DNA of 64,000 nucleotides from a virus: UHGV virus genome UHGV-0026213; one strand, given 5' to 3'. Numbering within the stretch: the first letter of the stretch is position 1; each line of letters opens with the position of its first letter. The position numbers were made by a program, and so were the translations under genes. Shown piece after piece: positions 20,847 to 30,145 of the stretch. The notes below the pieces were generated by a model. That model was not told the DNA's origin. It saw nothing but the letters and a program-made list of their open reading frames with translations, and made no database searches.

Positions 20847-20893
20847 TCAGATATATTTTACTTAGGTGAGAGTTACAACTAACTCTTTACACC
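20841..20893 (+). promoter_or_regulatory. conserved promoter-like block plus downstream inverted repeat
   Basis: TTTTTCTCAGATATATTTTACTTAGGTGAGAG; near-identical 30-nt block at 40781 and 44998, each about 50-70 nt upstream of a gene start. Confidence 0.4.
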
Positions 20894-20921
20894 GACTTGT
20901 TAACCTAAAGGAGTATTTACA

Positions 20922-21281
20922 ATGGCTTACAATCACAATTCCATCGTTCTGGCAAAACGTAAATTCGGTCTTCACTTGTCTTACGTAATTCGTCACTTGA
21001 CCACAAAAGACATTACCCAGCGTGAACTTGCCCAGCTTGCGAAAGTTTCACAACCTGTTATCTCGTCTATTAAGAACGATCACTCAGAACGTTTAAGCTT
21101 GCCGATTATGATGAAAGTTGCTGATGCGATTCGTCTGAAATACCAGATTAGTTTTAATTCCGTTAAGGGTCGTTGCTCAGTAACCGTTCACGTAGAGTCC
21201 GCGTTGGACTACGTTGCAAACACGTCCATTAAACGCACCACGAAGAATGTGCGTTTTATCACTAACACCGCAACGCACTAA
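20922..21281 (+). CDS. XRE-family helix-turn-helix transcriptional regulator
   Basis: ITQRELAQLAKVSQPVISSIKN is a canonical HTH_XRE signature. Confidence 0.55.
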   Translation: MAYNHNSIVLAKRKFGLHLSYVIRHLTTKDITQRELAQLAKVSQPVISSIKNDHSERLSLPIMMKVADAIRLKYQISFNSVKGRCSVTVHVESALDYVANTSIKRTTKNVRFITNTATH

Positions 21282-21302
21282 TCAACCTGAAGGAGTATTA
21301 TC

Positions 21303-21974
21303 ATGCCACCGAAAATTGGTAAAACTGTAATTGAAGAAACTGTAAAGAACGAGACTAAAGTTAACGAAGCACAACCGCCTGTGAAAGTTGAGCTTTTACC
21401 CTGCGTTAATGAAATACTCGGGGTGAAATTCTTAACTTTTAGCCCGTATACTGACCTGGTTTTCGAACTTTATCAAGACCAGCCTTTCAACTTATTCACA
21501 CTTGTCTGCACTTATAATGGTGATGTTTTGGCGGTTGCACCTGGTCTCAATAGAGACAAATTACTTACAGGCACGGTTATTACTGAAATTCTTCTTCGGT
21601 TAATGCATAAGTTTGAAGGGCCTGAACTTGACAAAATCGCTGTTAAGTTAGCTGACTTACTAATCACTGCCGCCACCTGGTTGTGTTTTAACCCTTCTAT
21701 CTATTTCCATTTCAGTACAAATATTCTTCACGCCGTAACAGACGACGGTAAAAAGTATCGCATCTTAATTAAGGGTGGGGTGCAACAACCTTTGTTCTCT
21801 AGACAAAACTGCCATATTAAGTTTTCGCCTGACTTGGTAGAAGTTTACGGTCAGCGAGTAGCGGCTGGCCACTACGACGCCCATCTCAGATTTTTCAATT
21901 ACCTGTATGAAAAATTAGGGAAAGCTGGCTTGACACCCAATCTTGCTTTTACAAACTCTGCCCCTTCTGCATGA
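21303..21974 (+). CDS. hypothetical protein (223 aa)
   Basis: ATG preceded by AAGGAG; terminator follows. Confidence 0.6.
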   Translation: MPPKIGKTVIEETVKNETKVNEAQPPVKVELLPCVNEILGVKFLTFSPYTDLVFELYQDQPFNLFTLVCTYNGDVLAVAPGLNRDKLLTGTVITEILLRLMHKFEGPELDKIAVKLADLLITAATWLCFNPSIYFHFSTNILHAVTDDGKKYRILIKGGVQQPLFSRQNCHIKFSPDLVEVYGQRVAAGHYDAHLRFFNYLYEKLGKAGLTPNLAFTNSAPSA

Positions 21975-21986
21975 TGTTTAATAATT

Positions 21987-22020
21987 GGGGAACTTCGGTT
22001 CCCCTTTCTTTTTTTGTTTT
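21987..22020 (+). terminator. rho-independent terminator
   Basis: GGGGAAC-TTCG-GTTCCCC hairpin followed by TTTCTTTTTTTGTTTT. Confidence 0.85.
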
Positions 22021-22069
22021 TACAGCTTTAGCGTATTGTTTTGAGACGACCTTTTAAGGAGTAATTAAC

Positions 22070-23068
22070 ATGGCTTTTAGGAAGACTATAGAACGTACCG
22101 CCACGGATTTAACAGTAGGTCGGTTAGCACGTAGAGATATTCGCAACCCTCAACTTCAGGCTTGTTTATCGGGTCCTAACGGTGCTGTGATTCGTGAGGC
22201 GTTGTGCAATAGCGAGCTGAATACGTTCTCTTTACAAAAAGGAAAAACGATCCAAGGGTTTATCATCACAAAACACATTTACGGCGACCCAACGTTACAC
22301 TGCTTGTATATGCATGAAATTGTACCGGGCTGTTTGAACAAACTGAACCTACTACTGGTACTCGACTATACCGGCTTTACGTATCTTAATCGAATCGCCA
22401 GTGGCGTAGAAGAGATCGCTGAGCTTAATGACTTAGGATTTAGACACACCCACACTACGTATCGTTTAGGTACACGCTCGTTATTGGATATCGCTCTACC
22501 AACAAACGTGAAGAACATTTCCGGCGATTTTTATAAAGAGCTAACCACTGCACAACGTGAACAGCTTATGTTGCTTTTGGGTACGAGTGTCGTTGAAAAC
22601 ATCAACGCTGACCCTGTGAGTCGCTCACGTCAAATCATGCCACAAGTCGAAACGTTGGTGGAGTTAGTACGTCATGTCAACCACCACACCTACGTTTGGA
22701 TGGACGGCAACGATGTTGTGGGCGCGGTGCAAGTTAAATTGCGTAATCTTAACGAATGTGAATTAAAAGCCATTGCGGTAAGTGAGACACATCGGGGTCG
22801 TGGTATCGGACGGACTTTATTGTATCGTGCTCTACAAATTGCATCGACAACAGCGGCACCATTAGAGATAGGGTGTTTCAATAACAACCCTGCATTCAGG
22901 CACCTGGCCGTCGAATTATTTAAATTTCGCCCCTACGAATACGAATTTGTTTTAGTGCGTGACGAAAACGTCGTCAGTTGGGAGCGTCAGAAAAATCATG
23001 TCAAATTGGTGTTAGTCGACGAAGTGTCATCGTTACAAGGCGGATATAATGCGGAAACCGATAATTAA
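22070..23068 (+). CDS. protein with C-terminal GNAT acetyltransferase domain
   Basis: 332 aa; C-terminal LKAIAVSETHRGRGIGRTLLYRAL is a GNAT motif A. Confidence 0.5.
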   Translation: MAFRKTIERTATDLTVGRLARRDIRNPQLQACLSGPNGAVIREALCNSELNTFSLQKGKTIQGFIITKHIYGDPTLHCLYMHEIVPGCLNKLNLLLVLDYTGFTYLNRIASGVEEIAELNDLGFRHTHTTYRLGTRSLLDIALPTNVKNISGDFYKELTTAQREQLMLLLGTSVVENINADPVSRSRQIMPQVETLVELVRHVNHHTYVWMDGNDVVGAVQVKLRNLNECELKAIAVSETHRGRGIGRTLLYRALQIASTTAAPLEIGCFNNNPAFRHLAVELFKFRPYEYEFVLVRDENVVSWERQKNHVKLVLVDEVSSLQGGYNAETDN

Positions 23069-23864
23069 ATGGATGGGTGGGAAAACGCGCGTTTTGGGTG
23101 AATTACAAAAGGTCTTACCTAAACGTACAACCTTTGTAGAACCGTTTGTGGGCGCAGGGTCTGTTTTCCTAAATACGAATTACAGCCGGTATATTCTATC
23201 GGATTCTAACCCCGATTTGATACGCTTACTTTGTGTTGCGCGTGAACAGCCTGAAGAACTGATCGCTGCATCGCAACCGTTGTTCTTAGACGGCAATACC
23301 ACTGTAAAGTATATGGAACGTCGTGAACTGTTTAATAGCGGTAAAACGATGACCGAAGTTGAACGTGCTGCAATGTTTTTATACTTAATGCGTCACGGTT
23401 ATAACGGGATGTGTCGTTATAACAGTAGTGGTGGGTTCAATGTTCCGTTTGGACGTTACCCGAACGGCGTTTATTATCCATTAGAAGAAATTCGGGATTG
23501 GGCTAAACGTTGCGCAGAAGTTGAGTATCTGGAAATTGTTTGTGAGGACTTTCGTTCTGTATTAGCACGGACACCTGAAGATGCCGTGATTTATGCTGAT
23601 CCTCCTTATATTCCGTTATCGGATACCGCGAAACACGCGCAATATCACCGTAAAGAATTCTCACAAACGGACCATCGCGAATTAGCCAAGTTACTACAGC
23701 AGCAGGTGGAACGTGGCAACAGTGTCGTGCTGTCAAATGCGGACACCCTACTCACCCGCGAAATTTATTACGGTTTTGAGTGGCGTAGTATTGAGGTCGG
23801 TCGCTATATGGGTGCGTCTGGTGCCGCTCGGAAAACGGTGACTGAATTACTGGGAGTGCTCTAA
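23049..23864 (+). CDS. dam: DNA adenine (N6) methyltransferase, Dam-like
   Basis: N-terminal KWMGGK, FVEPFVGAGSVF (AdoMet motif I) and catalytic DPPY (YADPPYIP); domain order typical of Dam/T4 Dam class. Confidence 0.75.
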   Translation: MRKPIIKWMGGKTRVLGELQKVLPKRTTFVEPFVGAGSVFLNTNYSRYILSDSNPDLIRLLCVAREQPEELIAASQPLFLDGNTTVKYMERRELFNSGKTMTEVERAAMFLYLMRHGYNGMCRYNSSGGFNVPFGRYPNGVYYPLEEIRDWAKRCAEVEYLEIVCEDFRSVLARTPEDAVIYADPPYIPLSDTAKHAQYHRKEFSQTDHRELAKLLQQQVERGNSVVLSNADTLLTREIYYGFEWRSIEVGRYMGASGAARKTVTELLGVL

Positions 23865-24637
23865 TGCGCATAGTGGATATCCACGATTATCGTAATGACC
23901 ATTTAGCAATTGGTGTGGACGGGAAAATGGTTTCACTAACCCGTGTACGGAAAGGGTTACTGGAAAAGGACGTCATTCGCGAATCTGAAGATCCGACCTT
24001 TATCATTCTTTCGAACACGAATCAGCTGCAAGGAATCTTCTCCGGCCGCACTGACGGTAAGATTTTCTACATGTCAGCAATCGTTGTGTTTGCGAAGAAG
24101 AACATCAATTTCGCACAACTCAAACGGTTGTTAAATGTGGAGGTGTTTGATATCACCTACCCTGCCAACGACCTAAAACGTCGCGATCAGTTAATGGCGT
24201 TCTTGAGTATGCAACCGACGTCTATCGACTATGAGCTAACGTTTACTGAAAAACCTGAAGTTCGTACCGATTTACCTGATGTAGATGATATTGAATCTCT
24301 AACGTTAGAAGAAACGTTTACGATCCCTAAGGTGGCTAATGTCAGTTTGGATACGTACTGCCTGGGTTTGTTAGCGATTGGGGCTGCCGAAGGGCTGTGC
24401 TGTCGTAAAGACGGTAAAGTTGAAGGTATCTTAGTCTATTCGAAAATCAACGAAAAGACGTTTGCCACCGAAGGTTTCTTCTATAACGACTGTACTTACG
24501 GGAATGCACTCTTAACCACATACTACCGTATTGCGTATTTAAAGGGTGCAACCGTGCGTCTTACTTTTCCATACTCAGCACCTCCAGCAATGTCTGGTGT
24601 TGAAGTAGAAGCATTAACTGGCCATTTTATCTTTTAA
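23864..24637 (+). CDS. hypothetical protein (257 aa)
   Basis: ORF overlapping the dam stop (ATGCGC within CTCTAATG). Confidence 0.6.
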   Translation: MRIVDIHDYRNDHLAIGVDGKMVSLTRVRKGLLEKDVIRESEDPTFIILSNTNQLQGIFSGRTDGKIFYMSAIVVFAKKNINFAQLKRLLNVEVFDITYPANDLKRRDQLMAFLSMQPTSIDYELTFTEKPEVRTDLPDVDDIESLTLEETFTIPKVANVSLDTYCLGLLAIGAAEGLCCRKDGKVEGILVYSKINEKTFATEGFFYNDCTYGNALLTTYYRIAYLKGATVRLTFPYSAPPAMSGVEVEALTGHFIF

Positions 24638-24646
24638 GGACATTGA

Positions 24647-24874
24647 ATGGAAATCAAACGTATTGTAACCAAAGACAAAAAGATTACTTACGTCGCAGGT
24701 GATAACGAATTCTCGGCGGTTATTAATACTGAGAACGTGCTGATTATCGGTTATCCAGGTAAAGTCATTACTCGTAGCCATCAGCGCGTGATTGACAAAC
24801 TCATCGCCAAAGCGAAAGCACGTGACGGTGTTGGGTCAGTAGAAACCCATACCGGGTTAACGTTGGCACTCTAA
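24647..24874 (+). CDS. small hypothetical protein (75 aa)
   Basis: ORF with GGACATTGA-ATG context. Confidence 0.45.
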   Translation: MEIKRIVTKDKKITYVAGDNEFSAVINTENVLIIGYPGKVITRSHQRVIDKLIAKAKARDGVGSVETHTGLTLAL

Positions 24875-24912
24875 CCAGCAGGTAATATGACCTCTTAACT
24901 GGAGACTTAGAG

Positions 24913-25419
24913 ATGAAAGAGACTCTGGATTTTAATCAGCTTGAGCAGCACGATTTTGATCTCGGTGTTCGCGACTTAGAAGCTGACTATGAAACGCGTT
25001 GTAAAGAATTCTTTAATCGCTACGGGCAATTGATTACCGGGGCATCTGAAGACACCGAATTCTCGTTAGACGATTTCGAAAAGATTCTATCTTGCTTTAT
25101 CACCGACAGCTTAGCGAAACAGGCGTTGTTGGTAGAACAGAACCTGCAAATGGTGGAGCCTACGGATGCTCACGCCGTGCTAAAAGAATCCATTATTCCG
25201 AACGACGAGATTATGGATGCGGTAGCAGGTATTCGCGGTACGTTCGACACAGCTGTGGAAGACTATACCGAACAACTTCGTGAGTCTGGACTAACGTTGT
25301 GTGCACCTGCGGGCGAACAGTTACCTTCTGAAGAAGAAACGGAAGAAGCACGTAGTCGCTTAGCGCGCTATGTGATTACTTCTGTTTTAGTAGACGATCG
25401 CGAAGAAAACGTACTGTAA
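24913..25419 (+). CDS. highly acidic hypothetical protein
   Basis: 168 aa, rich in D and E with few K and R; terminator follows. Confidence 0.5.
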   Translation: MKETLDFNQLEQHDFDLGVRDLEADYETRCKEFFNRYGQLITGASEDTEFSLDDFEKILSCFITDSLAKQALLVEQNLQMVEPTDAHAVLKESIIPNDEIMDAVAGIRGTFDTAVEDYTEQLRESGLTLCAPAGEQLPSEEETEEARSRLARYVITSVLVDDREENVL

Positions 25420-25424
25420 ACTTT

Positions 25425-25460
25425 CCCTCTCTCCGTTTGGAGAGAGGGAGTATTTATTTT
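25425..25460 (+). terminator. rho-independent terminator
   Basis: CCCTCTCTCC-GTTT-GGAGAGAGGG hairpin followed by AGTATTTATTTTT. Confidence 0.85.
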
Positions 25461-25517
25461 TACGCTTTCGTGTCTAATTATGCACACGTAAACAAAATTA
25501 ATTGAGGAACAGCTTAA

Positions 25518-25853
25518 ATGTGGTTAAGTGCGATTCACCGTGATTTACCAAAACAAGAAATGGTATTTACTGTTGGCGAGCCAGCAACTGTAGTGGGTGT
25601 TGCTAAGTTCGAAAGGGTAGAAGAAGGTCAATTCGTCGTAGTGGACGACAACGAAAACGAATTCATGTTGTTCCACCCTGAGGTCGATACCTCTGAAATT
25701 TGTGAGGGTTCTCTTTTGTTGTCCTGGCAAGATCCTGAAACCGGCGCATGGAAGTGGCGTGTCGCTAAACCGACGCTTGAAACAGAATCTGCATACGTGA
25801 TTGAACACGTATACGTGTTTGGGGAAACTTATGTCGAACCAAAACCACACTAA
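25518..25853 (+). CDS. hypothetical protein (111 aa)
   Basis: ORF with GAGGAACAGCTTAA-ATG context. Confidence 0.5.
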   Translation: MWLSAIHRDLPKQEMVFTVGEPATVVGVAKFERVEEGQFVVVDDNENEFMLFHPEVDTSEICEGSLLLSWQDPETGAWKWRVAKPTLETESAYVIEHVYVFGETYVEPKPH

Positions 25854-26139
25854 TACCGACGAAACGAATTTACAGCGCTTGCAACGGGCACTAACTGCAC
25901 CGCTAGGTGGCGAGATTCACGATCGATGGGTAATAGCAAGGGTGGTAGAAATTGACTATTCTCAGGATCAGTTACTGTTAAATAACTGCTCGACGAACGT
26001 GCCTTTCACGTTACCGCGCGCTGTATTCCGCCTTACACCCAACGTTGATGAAATACTGACTATTGACAGGAAACTTCTATCGATAGAACTACAGCATTTC
26101 CCGCTGCCTGGTAAGTCGGTTAACATCGCGCTGTGTTAA
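25831..26139 (+). CDS. hypothetical protein (about 102 aa)
   Basis: Track ORF 25801-26139; ATG at 25831 is preferred and overlaps the upstream 3' end. Confidence 0.45.
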   Translation: MSNQNHTNTDETNLQRLQRALTAPLGGEIHDRWVIARVVEIDYSQDQLLLNNCSTNVPFTLPRAVFRLTPNVDEILTIDRKLLSIELQHFPLPGKSVNIALC

Positions 26140-26174
26140 TGACAGTCTAAAAAACTTAAGATATATTTCATCTA

Positions 26175-26194
26175 TGTGAGAATTCTCACTTAAC
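26175..26194 (+). promoter_or_regulatory. conserved palindrome/promoter-like element
   Basis: TGTGAGAATTCTCACTTAAC, a perfect GTGAGA/TCTCAC inverted repeat, 18 nt upstream of the gene start at 26213. Confidence 0.35.
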
Positions 26195-26212
26195 TAAATG
26201 GAGTAATCTAAA

Positions 26213-26482
26213 ATGGGTAAGATTTATATTGTTGAGAAACGTGCGGGTAATGTTCTTTCCTATTACGAAGAAGGTAAACCTGAGAAAATTAAAACACTCA
26301 AACTCGACGGATTTGATGTGAAGAGTTTACGCAAGGGTGTGAAGATTACCTTTAAAGGTCTGACTCGCGTAAGTAACTTACACATTGTTAAGGCCGATGG
26401 TACGATGGTTGCGTTAGCACCTGTCAGTGCTGCGAAAACGACAGCAGGTCGTGGATGCTACGGTAGCAGTCGTAAGATTTAA
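26213..26482 (+). CDS. small hypothetical protein (89 aa)
   Basis: ATG after GGAG; terminator follows. Confidence 0.5.
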   Translation: MGKIYIVEKRAGNVLSYYEEGKPEKIKTLKLDGFDVKSLRKGVKITFKGLTRVSNLHIVKADGTMVALAPVSAAKTTAGRGCYGSSRKI

Positions 26483-26488
26483 GCAGTG

Positions 26489-26528
26489 CCCCTCTCTCCT
26501 AACGGAGAGAGGGTACTTTTATTTTTCT
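26489..26528 (+). terminator. rho-independent terminator
   Basis: CCCCTCTCTCC-TAAC-GGAGAGAGGG hairpin followed by TACTTTTATTTTTC. Confidence 0.85.
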
Positions 26529-26540
26529 TCGAGGTGTGCG

Positions 26541-27029
26541 ATGACAACAGTTTTAGTAACAAACGATTACATTTTAGCTGATCAGTTGGTTGATTATGGC
26601 GGTACAGTTAAAGCGTCACCTAAATTACACAAGTACAAAAACAAATTCGTTGTTTATACTGGGGAACGCGTATTGGACTCGGATTTCTGGAAAAAGACGA
26701 TGATGGTCGCAGTAGAAAAATATTTGATTGAAGAAAAGCGAGCCAAGGTTGAAGGGTTATTTAAAGATCTTATCGAAAAAGAACTGTTTTACGATCAGAT
26801 AATCATTTACACAGCTGAGGAAACACATTGGCTCGGGCTGCTAGAGGGTAAATTTGAATCCCGTGTACTGAATAAAAACACGGTTTGGGCAACGGGTTCT
26901 GGTGGAGGATTTGCACGGGCTGCTTGGGCAACTGGAATATCAGAAAAGAATATTATTCCATTAGTAGGTTCGATTGATACAGCTTCATCACAAACGTACG
27001 ACTTATTTTACAGGAAGCACTTACGATGA
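26541..27029 (+). CDS. HslV-like N-terminal-nucleophile (proteasome beta-type) hydrolase
   Basis: Begins MTTVLV (Thr at position 2, as in HslV MTTIV); central Lys-rich stretch; ATGSGGGFARAAWATG matches the HslV IGSGGPYAQAA motif. Start reset from track 26427 to ATG 26541 after GAGGTG. Confidence 0.45.
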   Translation: MTTVLVTNDYILADQLVDYGGTVKASPKLHKYKNKFVVYTGERVLDSDFWKKTMMVAVEKYLIEEKRAKVEGLFKDLIEKELFYDQIIIYTAEETHWLGLLEGKFESRVLNKNTVWATGSGGGFARAAWATGISEKNIIPLVGSIDTASSQTYDLFYRKHLR

Positions 27030-27547
27030 AAATAAACGCTGTCTTAATTGGCGATGAAATATTCGTTAATACAAAAACACAATATCTGTATTACGAAGGT
27101 ATTACCGTAATAGACGATTATTACGGTAAGCACGGTTGGTGGATTCCGTCTCCTAACTCCTTACGATTAGAAGATGCATTAACCGCCGAAAAGAACAAAC
27201 TGGATAGCGATTGGACTTATATCAGTTCCGTAATTGACGTCAGCGGTCGAATTAAAGACGTCTACTGGGCTAAAGAGTCAGGGTGGCGTGTTACGCTACA
27301 CCAACCAACACCAGTAAGATTGTTGTACGACCACTCGGATAGTTCAGAGTTAGCGTTTACCATTGAGACGCTCTCGGTACGTAAGGATCTAGACAACGTA
27401 GGGAAAGGGAAGTGGTCTATTGAGCGCATTGAGGAGATTCTCAGCCACTTTAAAGCCAACAACAAATTTAAACGTTGGTGTACGTTACCTGAGTTAGTAG
27501 AGGAGTTGAAAAAGCGGTATTGCAAACCGCTACCTTTTAACCCGTAG
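27026..27547 (+). CDS. hypothetical protein (173 aa)
   Basis: ORF overlapping the upstream stop (ATGA). Confidence 0.55.
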   Translation: MKINAVLIGDEIFVNTKTQYLYYEGITVIDDYYGKHGWWIPSPNSLRLEDALTAEKNKLDSDWTYISSVIDVSGRIKDVYWAKESGWRVTLHQPTPVRLLYDHSDSSELAFTIETLSVRKDLDNVGKGKWSIERIEEILSHFKANNKFKRWCTLPELVEELKKRYCKPLPFNP

Positions 27548-27593
27548 TCTTTTTTACAACTGCGGCTATTTTAATGATTAGGAGAATATAGAG

Positions 27594-27989
27594 ATGACCG
27601 CAATAATAGGTATAATGTCAAGAAAAGCTGATGTCATTAGGACATTTATCGACCAATATAACAACTCACCGTATACGCGTCTTAGATTGCGTAAACCCCA
27701 GAATAGCACAGAATGGGTTCGCTGGTTTAATATTTGGGATAAAACAATAAGTAAAATCAATCCGTTATTCAGAATTAGGGTTGAGCCTGCTTATTGGATT
27801 GTAATGGAAATATCGCTATTACGTATTCTCGAAAAACGTCCTATAGACGTAAAGACGATGTTTGGGGTAGATACGTATAAAATGTTGAACAATGGTTTTG
27901 TGGGTAATGGGGAACACACATTGTATCAAGCGATGCTGGAAATGTGTTTGTTCGATTTAGTTACTTACGAATTGGGGATTTCAAAATGA
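27594..27989 (+). CDS. hypothetical protein (131 aa)
   Basis: ORF with GGAGAATATAGAG-ATG context. Confidence 0.5.
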   Translation: MTAIIGIMSRKADVIRTFIDQYNNSPYTRLRLRKPQNSTEWVRWFNIWDKTISKINPLFRIRVEPAYWIVMEISLLRILEKRPIDVKTMFGVDTYKMLNNGFVGNGEHTLYQAMLEMCLFDLVTYELGISK

Positions 27990-28450
27990 ATTACTTCGAA
28001 TCTAAAGAAATTGTTGAGTTGTTTAAACAGCGTGAGAAAACTGCTTTCCGTGACTTGTACGATTCTGATTATCGCCCACTGTTTGCGGTATTAATGCGAC
28101 TGGATAAAGAACCCGAAGTCGCGTTAGCAGAGGTACAGCACCACCACGTCAGTTTCGTATTAACCGAAAACATGAGCCGGTGGGTAGACGGTATGCTGAT
28201 CCGTATTGGGCTCTTGGAAACGCCACACCGTTGGGAAGTGGTTATTCAGAAATCATTGTTCCCACGGGAAGATATTTTCAACAAATATCGTCCGAAGCAG
28301 TATTACAATCACGACGGGTCACCAAAACGTCCTTTCCTGGCACCCCAACATTTTGTAACCTACGTAACGCTACGTTATAAAGACACCGTGGTGCCGTTTG
28401 ACACCTATCTGGAAATGCGTGAGATAATTTTAGGGAAGAACCCAACATGA
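27986..28450 (+). CDS. hypothetical protein (about 154 aa)
   Basis: Track start 27944; ATG at 27986 overlaps the upstream stop (ATGA) and is preferred. Confidence 0.5.
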   Translation: MNYFESKEIVELFKQREKTAFRDLYDSDYRPLFAVLMRLDKEPEVALAEVQHHHVSFVLTENMSRWVDGMLIRIGLLETPHRWEVVIQKSLFPREDIFNKYRPKQYYNHDGSPKRPFLAPQHFVTYVTLRYKDTVVPFDTYLEMREIILGKNPT

Positions 28451-28929
28451 ATCAATTTTCTGTTGATGCAGAAAGACTAGCGTCATTTAAAGAGCGTAGT
28501 CAGTTTGCAGTTAAAAACGGCTATATTGAAAAAGGTGTTCGTGACACCTGCAAGCTAATCAACGACCATCCACACTTGGCGACAATGTGGAGTTGTGAAG
28601 GTCACGGTATGTATTCTAAGTCACCTGGAAATCTGCATATCGTTTTTGCAACAGACGCTATTGGAAGTCAGATTCCAATGCAGGTTATGACTGAACTTGC
28701 AAAATCGGATTTACCGAATTTCTGGAATCTTAGTTTGTGTCGTCTTTATATACCAGATGCATACACGGATTTGGTATATCTTGAACCTGATTACGGGTTA
28801 AATACCGACGACACTTCTTACTGGTCTTGGAAAATTGGATACATGTGCTTGATTAATCGTCCCGCGTTAATTGAGACACGTCAAGCTCTTTACAAAGCAT
28901 TTCATACAGTATTAGTTGAGAATAAATAA
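28447..28929 (+). CDS. hypothetical protein (160 aa)
   Basis: ORF coupled to the upstream gene (ATGA overlap). Confidence 0.5.
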   Translation: MNQFSVDAERLASFKERSQFAVKNGYIEKGVRDTCKLINDHPHLATMWSCEGHGMYSKSPGNLHIVFATDAIGSQIPMQVMTELAKSDLPNFWNLSLCRLYIPDAYTDLVYLEPDYGLNTDDTSYWSWKIGYMCLINRPALIETRQALYKAFHTVLVENK

Positions 28930-29621
28930 TGGCTACCAAACAAAAGAAACCGCGTAACAAAAAGTATAATCCGAAAGCCGCTGCTAACCGTACTGCGCAC
29001 ACCATTGCTGAAAATGCGCTAAACCGCATTACTTTCGTCGGTAGCTCTATTCGTCCTATCGGTCCGTACGCGGGCCGTGGTTTCCAGTTTACAACGTCAC
29101 CGCGTATGCGCATGGCGGCTACCGATATGTTAATCGGTGGTTTGTTTGACGAGCCACGTAACTGGAAACTGTGGGTTGCGCATCTGTACGAAACAGATAA
29201 TGGTGTGCAAGCAGAAACCATCGTGGCAACGCTTGACGACTACACGTTAAGTGATTTCTGTCAACACGGTGACAAGATCATCAAGTCGCTACGCGAGACG
29301 GAAGAAAACTACTTCGGTTATGCTTTCGTTGCTGCACCTAACGAACGTTATGATTTCGACCAGGGAGAAGAACGCTTACTGGAAAACTTCATGCATTCTG
29401 GGCTGTTAGACAAATCCCTACACCTACCTGAAGAAGAACTGATGGTTACGCGTAAGGATATGGTAACGTTGCTGTTAGCCGATCGTGGACGTTTTGATGT
29501 TACCGAATCCCATGTACGTAAAGTACAGAAGCTCGTGGATAAGGTCGACGAAACTGACCTGGACACTAGCGAAGTCGCAACGCGTATCCAATCGGTAGTT
29601 AATCAGGAAGAGGATTACTAA
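28929..29621 (+). CDS. hypothetical protein (230 aa)
   Basis: E. coli-like high-expression codons (CGT, CTG, GGT); N-terminal basic segment. Confidence 0.55.
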   Translation: MATKQKKPRNKKYNPKAAANRTAHTIAENALNRITFVGSSIRPIGPYAGRGFQFTTSPRMRMAATDMLIGGLFDEPRNWKLWVAHLYETDNGVQAETIVATLDDYTLSDFCQHGDKIIKSLRETEENYFGYAFVAAPNERYDFDQGEERLLENFMHSGLLDKSLHLPEEELMVTRKDMVTLLLADRGRFDVTESHVRKVQKLVDKVDETDLDTSEVATRIQSVVNQEEDY

Positions 29622-29623
29622 AC

Positions 29624-30145
29624 GTGATAGCGCGACTTGCGAGTTGGTTTAAGCAACGTCGGGCAAAGGCGGTCGAATGGCCGCCTATTACGCACGATGA
29701 AAAGGTGGTTGCTTTTCTGAACTATAACAAAGACTTGAAGAAATTGGGCGAAATAATGCGCCTAACGGAAACTCAGGTCTTTGCTAAGATTTCAAGTAGT
29801 GCTTTACGTAAACAGATAATTCCCCACCTATCCTTTTCAGGACAGGTTTATGCATTAACAGCAGAGGAATTTTTATCGATGGTGGGGAATGAAACCCCAC
29901 GTATACGGTACTCGGTTACGGATTCATCTGATGCGGTCGGTACGGTCGATTTCGGACGATTGTATCAGAGCATTAAAGACGTGGGCCATATACATGTTAA
30001 ACGTGTATCAGAAACTTCTGTAGTGATTTATCATCGTACTGAGCACGATTTGTTAGGGCGTGTTATAACGCTAACAAATTTACATAGTTTTTACGTTGAT
30101 TTACTTACAGGGTTTTATCCAGAACCATGGTGTTTTATACGATGA
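29624..30145 (+). CDS. hypothetical protein (173 aa)
   Basis: GTG-initiated ORF directly after the upstream stop. Confidence 0.5.
   Translation: MIARLASWFKQRRAKAVEWPPITHDEKVVAFLNYNKDLKKLGEIMRLTETQVFAKISSSALRKQIIPHLSFSGQVYALTAEEFLSMVGNETPRIRYSVTDSSDAVGTVDFGRLYQSIKDVGHIHVKRVSETSVVIYHRTEHDLLGRVITLTNLHSFYVDLLTGFYPEPWCFIR

Noticed and set aside
20922-21281. Reading the XRE-type HTH protein as evidence of a lysogeny switch
   Set aside because: No integrase, excisionase or attachment site nearby, and the gene sits in a lytic-phage-like early region; more likely a regulator of the conserved motif-bearing promoters.
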